Shown here piece by piece: positions 6,527 to 11,671 of a stretch of DNA of 11,671 nt. Both the position numbers and the translations under genes were made by a program. The first letter of the stretch is position 1. Each line of letters opens with the position of its first letter. The stretch is taken from assembly GCA_963737905.1 (NCBI GenBank), contig CAVTUQ010000046.1, forward strand, positions 1 to 11,671. Reading direction: 5' to 3'. Source of the DNA: an uncultured delta proteobacterium. GTDB lineage: Bacteria > Desulfobacterota > Binatia > UBA9968. Below the pieces are notes generated by a model. It searched no databases. It was given only the letters and a program-made list of their open reading frames with translations, and was not told where the DNA came from.

Positions 6527-7774
6527 ATGGTGCAATATTCACCCAAGCTAACCTTCGGTCCTGAAACGGCGGATTGGCAAGAGCGACTTAACCCGGATCG
6601 CATGCGCCGGCAGCGGGTGGAGCGTGCGCAGATGCTCATGCGCAAATACGGGATTGCCGCAATCCTCGAAGCGAATCATCAAAACATCCGCTATCTAACC
6701 GCGCTTAAAGGTTTCGCCTATCCCATGTGTCGCTATGTCCTGTTCTTCGCGGAACAGGACCCGGTGATGTATGAACATGACGGCTACTATCACCAGATGC
6801 CCGACCAGTGTCCCTGGATCAAAGAGTGGCGGCCCGCCCGTTCTTGGTTAACGGGTTCCCCCGGTCCTGAAGCCAGCGCGGTGGAAGCAAAGGCATTTGC
6901 CGCCGAGATCAAGGCGGAGCTCGAGGAGCGCGGTTTGCTTGGCGAGAAACTCGGCCTGGGAAGTTTTGATGGCACCGGGCGGGAAGCGTTGATCAATGCC
7001 GGCGTGAAAAATATCGTCGATACGCGAAATCTCATGCTGGAAGCTCGCATGGTTAAGAATCAAGATGAGATTAGCTGCCTCAAAACCTGCGCTGCGATGG
7101 TCGACGGCGTGTGGTTCCGCGTGTGGGAGAACTTGAAGCCTGGGATGAAGGATACCGACCTGATGACCCTGGGATCCACGGCGGGTTATGAGTTGGGCTT
7201 GGAAGCCGCGGTTCCGGGTGGTTGGCGTACCGGGCCCATGACCTTCGACCGCGGTTGCCATGCCACGAGCCGGATCATCCAGGTCGGCGATCTGGTCTAC
7301 GGTTCCTATTGCGGTGCCACTTACATGGGATACGGAAGCTGCACCTATCGGACATTCATCGTCGGCCGCGACGCGACGGCCAAAGAAAAAGACTGGTATA
7401 AACAAGTACGCGAGCGCATCGATGCCGTCATCGGCGAAATAAAACCGGGCAAGACGACAGCCGACGCGGCGAAACATTTTCCGCCGGCAACCAAATGGGG
7501 CTACAAGAGCGAAGTGGAGATCCTCGCCAGCGAGATCGGGCACGGCATCGGTCTCGGGACTAGCACGGGCTACGACATGCCGATTATCAATCGGTTATGG
7601 TCTTTCGATCATCCGCAGGTTTTCGAAGAAGGCATGACGATCGCCGTGGAGTCCCGCGAAGGTGAGCCACGGGTCGGCGGCACGAGATTGGAAAACATGC
7701 TCGTGGTGACCAAAAACGGCGCGGAGATCATGGATTATTTCCCGCGCGACGAGATCCTCGTGGCACCGCGTTGA
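6527..7774 (+). CDS. M24 (Xaa-Pro peptidase/creatinase fold) family protein with an atypical metal site
   Basis: 415 aa from ATG 6527 with SD AAGGAGG (6514-6520); the 6401 start in the track lies inside repeat B. Creatinase_N-like NIRYLT, ARMVKNQDEI, IKPGKT, GHGIGL, EEGMTIAVE and GGTRLENMLVVT. Confidence 0.9.
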   Translation: MVQYSPKLTFGPETADWQERLNPDRMRRQRVERAQMLMRKYGIAAILEANHQNIRYLTALKGFAYPMCRYVLFFAEQDPVMYEHDGYYHQMPDQCPWIKEWRPARSWLTGSPGPEASAVEAKAFAAEIKAELEERGLLGEKLGLGSFDGTGREALINAGVKNIVDTRNLMLEARMVKNQDEISCLKTCAAMVDGVWFRVWENLKPGMKDTDLMTLGSTAGYELGLEAAVPGGWRTGPMTFDRGCHATSRIIQVGDLVYGSYCGATYMGYGSCTYRTFIVGRDATAKEKDWYKQVRERIDAVIGEIKPGKTTADAAKHFPPATKWGYKSEVEILASEIGHGIGLGTSTGYDMPIINRLWSFDHPQVFEEGMTIAVESREGEPRVGGTRLENMLVVTKNGAEIMDYFPRDEILVAPR

Positions 7775-7851
7775 GAAGGTGGGGCGCCTCAATATTTCAG
7801 AACACCAGTCCGAACTATTCATGAACCCAGGAAAAGGCACGACAGATTGTA

Positions 7852-8027
7852 GACCGAGAAGTAAGCATCGGAGCGAGCGGACACAGGAGCGTAGAGCTAT
7901 GCTGACTTCTAGGGGATCGGCAATAAGCTCGCATTGGTTTTGCACCCTTCGCTTTACCACTGCAATTTGCAGGCGTGCTCAAGACACCGGCCCATTGCCC
8001 GCAACCGGAGAGGCTTGCTTCTCGGTC
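7852..8027. mobile_element. Candidate 176-bp MITE-like element with 18-bp terminal inverted repeats
   Basis: gaccgagaagtaagcatc (7852-7869) against gaggcttgcttctcggtc (8010-8027): 16/18 complementary. Interior not credibly coding; no target-site duplication seen. Confidence 0.5.
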
Positions 8028-8056
8028 ACTCTTCCGTAAACAATGCAGGCTAGGGC

Positions 8057-9253
8057 ATGCCTTTCATCTTTCTCAAAGATATCACGGTGATTGAATGTTC
8101 GACCTTTGTTACCGGTCCCTACGCCGCTTTTTTGCTAGGCGATCTTGGCGCGCGCGTGATCAAGATCGAGTCGCCGCCGGATGGCGACCCGTATCGCTAT
8201 TTCGCGCCGGACCCGTACTTCAGCTTCAACTTTGCCCACCTGAATCGGAATAAAGAAAGTCTGGCTCTGGATCTCAAATCATCCAAGGGGAAAGAGATCT
8301 GTCTCGAGTTGCTCAAGCGGGCGGACGTGTTCGTGGAGAATTTCCGTCCCGGCACGGCAGAACGCCTGGGATTCGGCTACGAAACTTTACGCGCCCTCAA
8401 TCCGCGTTTGGTGTATTGCTCTATCTCGGCTTTCGGCCAGAGCGGACCCTACGCGAACAAGCCGGGGTTTGACACGTTGGGCCAGGCGGTGAGCGGATTA
8501 TTGAGTTTGCTGACTGATCCGGATGAGCCGAAGGTGATGGGGATGGCGGTGTCGGACTATGTCACCGGCCTGTCGGCAGGTTATGGGATTCTCGGCGCTT
8601 TGCTGGGGCGGGAGAAGTCCGGCGATGGCTGCAGAGTGGAGACGTCGCTGCTTCAGGCCACGCTATCGTTTATTGGCGAGACGGCAGCCGGTTATATGAA
8701 GACCGGCCTGGTTCCCGACCGAATGGCCAGAGTGAAAAACGCCCACGCATTTGCTTTTGTGTGCAAGGACAAGCTGCCGATAGCGATTCATTGCTCGGTG
8801 CCGGAAAAGTTTTGGCTCGCATTGCTCAAGGCAGCCGACCGTATGGATCTTGCGGAAGACCCAAGATTTAAAACTCGGGACGCCCGCAGGCAAAATTACG
8901 CAGCGCTGGAATCAACTCTGGCGCCGGTGTTTTTGACGAGAAGCCGGACCGAGTGGCTGGAGCGGCTGGAAGCCAACGACGTCCCGGTCGTTCCTCTGTA
9001 CAACGTGGCCGAAGTGCTCGCGGATCCCCAGGTACGCCATCTTGACCTGGTCGAGGAGCTGGTTCATCCGCAGGCGGGAAAGTTGCAATTTGTCGGCGGT
9101 CCTGTACGTTACGATGGACTAACAAAAGAACAATCAACGCCCCCGCCGCTGCTCGGCGAACACTCGGCGGCGATTCTAAAAGAGCTGGGATACGATCCAG
9201 CCGATGTTGAAAAGCTTGTTGCTCAGGGAATTACCAAGCGTGCTCAGACTTAG
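8057..9253 (+). CDS. Family III CoA-transferase (CaiB/BaiF)
   Basis: 398 aa; GPYA...LGDLGARVIKIESP-GDPYR, NRNKESLALDLK, ADVFVENFRPG, NPRLVYCSISAFGQSGPY, catalytic Asp region AVSDYVTG and PPPLLGEHS. Confidence 0.96.
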   Translation: MPFIFLKDITVIECSTFVTGPYAAFLLGDLGARVIKIESPPDGDPYRYFAPDPYFSFNFAHLNRNKESLALDLKSSKGKEICLELLKRADVFVENFRPGTAERLGFGYETLRALNPRLVYCSISAFGQSGPYANKPGFDTLGQAVSGLLSLLTDPDEPKVMGMAVSDYVTGLSAGYGILGALLGREKSGDGCRVETSLLQATLSFIGETAAGYMKTGLVPDRMARVKNAHAFAFVCKDKLPIAIHCSVPEKFWLALLKAADRMDLAEDPRFKTRDARRQNYAALESTLAPVFLTRSRTEWLERLEANDVPVVPLYNVAEVLADPQVRHLDLVEELVHPQAGKLQFVGGPVRYDGLTKEQSTPPPLLGEHSAAILKELGYDPADVEKLVAQGITKRAQT

Positions 9254-9254
9254 A

Positions 9255-9310
9255 GGATTTTAGAGAGATCGGATTTTGCCCGGATCCGCAATCGAAAATC
9301 CAAAAATCTA
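9255..9310. repeat. Degenerate inverted 7-bp tandem array
   Basis: ggatttt aga...ggatttt on the left; atccgca atcgaaa atccaaa aatcta on the right; begins right after the CoA-transferase stop. Confidence 0.5.
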
Positions 9311-9361
9311 GCCAAAGATATTTGCAATTCTGAATGAAAAGGAGATCGGAAAAACTGTATC

Positions 9362-9461
9362 TCGCGCAAAGGCGCAAAGGGCGCCAAGTTCGAACAGAAG
9401 AAAGAATTTTCTTTGCGTGCTTAGCGTCCCTTCGACTTTGCTCAGGGCATGCTTGGCGCGA
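9362..9461. repeat. REP/MITE-like inverted repeat C (27-bp arms; right arm interrupted by a 24-bp insert)
   Basis: Left tcgcgcaaaggcgcaaagggcgccaag (9362-9388). Right ctttgcgtgcttagcgt (9411-9427) plus cttggcgcga (9452-9461) totals 27 nt, giving 21/27 Watson-Crick plus 2 G-U once 9428-9451 is removed. Confidence 0.82.
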
Positions 9462-9499
9462 AAACCTTTTTTTTCACTACAGTTTGAAGGGAAGGAACT

Positions 9500-10501
9500 A
9501 TGATCTACGACGTTGAAATCAATTCAGCGGCGCACTATCCGGCCGCCGACGTGCCGGGTCTGATTGAATTGGCCGAACAGGTCGGCTTTGGAGCTTTTTG
9601 GAAAGGGGAGTCGAACAGCACCGATCCGATCGTGATGCTTTCCGCCGTGGCGAGCCGGACGAAGACCATAAAACTGGGCACGGCCATCTACCACATCTAT
9701 GGCCGCAGCCCGGTCACGTTGGGCATCCAGGCAGCGACCTTGCAGGACCTTTCCGGCGGGCGGTTGCTATTGGGACTGGGTGTCGCCAACAAGAGCATCG
9801 CGGGCTGGCATGGCGGCATCTTTGACCGTCCGCTGAAGCGCGCGCGAGAATACATCGATATCGTGCGCAAAGTGGCTGCCGGCGAGCGCGTCGAATATGA
9901 AGGCGAGATCTATCAGACCGGCAAACGCTTCCAGCTTTCGTGGAAGCCGAGCCAGCCGAAGTTTCCCATCTACCTTGCCGGCCTCGGCCCGCAGATGACG
10001 AAGCTCGTCGGAAAGGTTTCCGACGGTGTTTTTATCAACATGGCGACGCCGGCGAAAGTCAAAGAAATCGCCGCGCGGGTGCGCGATGGGGCGGTAGAGG
10101 CGGGGCGCGATCCGAGCAAAATTGAAATCGTTGCCAAGAGTCGCGTTTCGCTGAATCCCGACAGGAGCTTAGCTCGCGCAAAGCTTCGCCAGGTACTGAC
10201 GTTCTATAACATCGCCGATCATTACAGCGACATGCTCAGGGGCATGGGTTTTGAAAAAGAAGTCAACGCGATTCATGAGGCGTTTCAAAAAGGCGGCTTC
10301 AAAGCGGCCATGGGCGCACTGACCGACGAGTATATGGACAAGCTCCCCGTGGTTCCCGCAACCAGTATCAAAGAGATCAAAGAAAAGATGAAAGCATTCG
10401 AAGAAGCCGGCGTGACCCGGATGGTTATTCCGTACGTGCCGGTGACGGAGCCGGTGGTGGAGGACGCGAGGAAGTTTTTTGAAGCATGGGGCAGCGCGTA
10501 G
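9500..10501 (+). CDS. LLM-class flavin-dependent oxidoreductase (Mer-like subtype; possibly F420-dependent)
   Basis: 333 aa; AEQVGFGAFWKGE, DPIVMLSAVASRTKTIKLGTAI, RSPVTL, ATLQDLSGGRLLLGLG and PIYLAGLGPQM...GKVSDG. The cofactor cannot be determined from sequence by eye. Confidence 0.93.
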   Translation: MIYDVEINSAAHYPAADVPGLIELAEQVGFGAFWKGESNSTDPIVMLSAVASRTKTIKLGTAIYHIYGRSPVTLGIQAATLQDLSGGRLLLGLGVANKSIAGWHGGIFDRPLKRAREYIDIVRKVAAGERVEYEGEIYQTGKRFQLSWKPSQPKFPIYLAGLGPQMTKLVGKVSDGVFINMATPAKVKEIAARVRDGAVEAGRDPSKIEIVAKSRVSLNPDRSLARAKLRQVLTFYNIADHYSDMLRGMGFEKEVNAIHEAFQKGGFKAAMGALTDEYMDKLPVVPATSIKEIKEKMKAFEEAGVTRMVIPYVPVTEPVVEDARKFFEAWGSA

Positions 10502-10519
10502 CGCGGCGCGCTTACGCGC
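10494..10519 (+). other. GC-rich hairpin spanning the LLM stop codon
   Basis: gcgcgta-gcgc-ggc-gcgc-t-tacgcgc; no U-tract follows, so it is not a classic intrinsic terminator. Confidence 0.5.
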
Positions 10520-10521
10520 GG

Positions 10522-10626
10522 GTTCAACGTTCAAAGTTTAAGGTTCAACGTTAAGAGTCGACAATGCAATGCCGCCACCGGTTTTCGTGAGTCCAACTTT
10601 GAACATTGAACCTTGAACTTTTGAAC
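10522..10626. repeat. Inverted 7-bp tandem array (GTTCAAN units)
   Basis: Left gttcaac gttcaaa gtttaag gttcaac gtt (10522-10552); right aactttg aacattg aaccttg aactttt gaac (10595-10626); 42-nt spacer. Confidence 0.9.
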
Positions 10627-10653
10627 TGAAAATCGAACGAAGGGAGATTTTCT

Positions 10654-11669
10654 ATGTGTGATTTTGCTGCAGATGCGGCGGCCGCGGAACAGTTAATGGT
10701 CGGCCGGACTTTGAGCGTGGCGCGGGTGCGCGAGCTCAACGCCAAGGATTATTTTTATCAGATGTTGAAAGACAACCCGGAGATGCTGAAGATTTATCCG
10801 GGCATCGAGAACGAGCTGCTTCAGGGCGCCATCGATTGTCACATTCACGCCTTTCCCGACTTCGTCCATCGTTCGCAGGACATGATCCAGATCGCCATCG
10901 AGGCTTCCAAGTGCGGTATGCGGGCGATCGCTTTCAAAGACCACTGGAACATCAGCGCAACGTCGGCTTACCTGACGCAGCGCCACATCGACGATATGAT
11001 CGCCAGAGGCGAACTTGCCAATCGCGTCGAAGTTTACGGTGGCGTAGGAATGTGTTTCGGCATGAGGCCGGATTACGTGCGCGTAGGACTCCAATATCCC
11101 AACTTCAAGATGATCTGGTTTCCGACCTTCACGTCCTACGGCTTCTGGCGCGGCGCCGGCCATCCGGAGCATGAAGGCGTGCGGCTGTGCAGCGAGGACG
11201 GCAAGGTCTTGCCCGAGGTAAAAGAGATCATGGAGATGGCGGGGGAAAAGAAAGTCGGCATCGGCTTTGGCCATACCGATTTTCAGGAGCTGTTACCGTT
11301 GGGCCGACTCGCCAAAGAGATCGGCGTCAGAGCGACTTTGGACCATCCGCTGCTGGAATTGAATAAACTCTTACTGGACGAGATGAAGCAGCTCCGCGAC
11401 CTCGGTGTCTACGTCGGCACTTACTGCCAGCCGATGATTCCGAGCTTGTATCAACCCGTCGCCGATCCAATGGAAACCATTCGCACGATCAAAGAGATCG
11501 GCCCCGACCGCTGCATTATAGGCAGCGACTTCGGCCAAGTGCTGCACATGGATGCAGTCGACGGTATGCGCGTATTTATCCGCGCGCTGCTCGGCTTCGG
11601 CATCAAGCCGACGAAGCAAGGTGATGTTGCAAAAACAATCCGGCGAAGCTGATGTGGTTGAATGAGTAG
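10654..11669 (+). CDS. Amidohydrolase/PHP-like TIM-barrel metallohydrolase (DUF6282-like), 3' end frameshifted
   Basis: SD AGGGAG; GAIDCHIHAFPD, GMRAIAFKDH, WFPT, GFGH, LDHP and IIGSDFGQ. As sequenced the frame stops at 11652, but the expected C-terminal NPAKLMWL is in another frame, ending TAG at 11669. Confidence 0.8.
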
Positions 11670-11671
11670 TA

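Noticed and set aside
7779-8039. 86-aa ORF across the MITE-like segment as a transposase fragment
   Set aside because: No DDE, HTH or HUH motif is recognisable, and it lacks a convincing SD.
10494-10519. Hairpin at the LLM stop as a Rho-independent terminator or recoding signal
   Set aside because: No U-tract follows. The stop is TAG at the expected protein length, and the hairpin spans the stop instead of following it, so nothing supports readthrough.
713-10626. Short repeats as a CRISPR array
   Set aside because: Units are 7-9 bp, tandem or inverted, with no unique spacers between identical direct repeats, and no cas genes are present.

Overview
An 11.7-kb bacterial accessory catabolic/transport region in two divergent blocks that meet at about 6200-6520. 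The minus-strand block holds an amidohydrolase, a 36-aa gene remnant, a NitT/TauT-type substrate-binding protein (SBP), a dienelactone hydrolase, an ABC permease, a second SBP and a luciferase-like monooxygenase (LLM) that runs off the left edge and is missing from the ORF track. The plus-strand block holds an M24 peptidase-fold protein with a degenerate metal site, a family III CoA-transferase, a second LLM and a TIM-barrel metallohydrolase (DUF6282-like) with a frameshifted 3' end. No regulator, ABC ATPase, transposase, tRNA, rRNA or CRISPR is visible. The most unusual feature is non-coding: almost every intergenic gap holds a short inverted-repeat element. Three have 27-bp arms built from 8-9-bp subunits (two share a loop motif, one is interrupted by a 24-bp insert), four are inverted 7-bp tandem arrays, one is a lone 9-bp array, and one is a 176-bp segment with 18-bp terminal inverted repeats. 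The permease appears to start at ACG, and a citryl-CoA-lyase-like N-terminal remnant is coupled to an SBP gene. All family assignments come from motif recognition by eye, with no database search.
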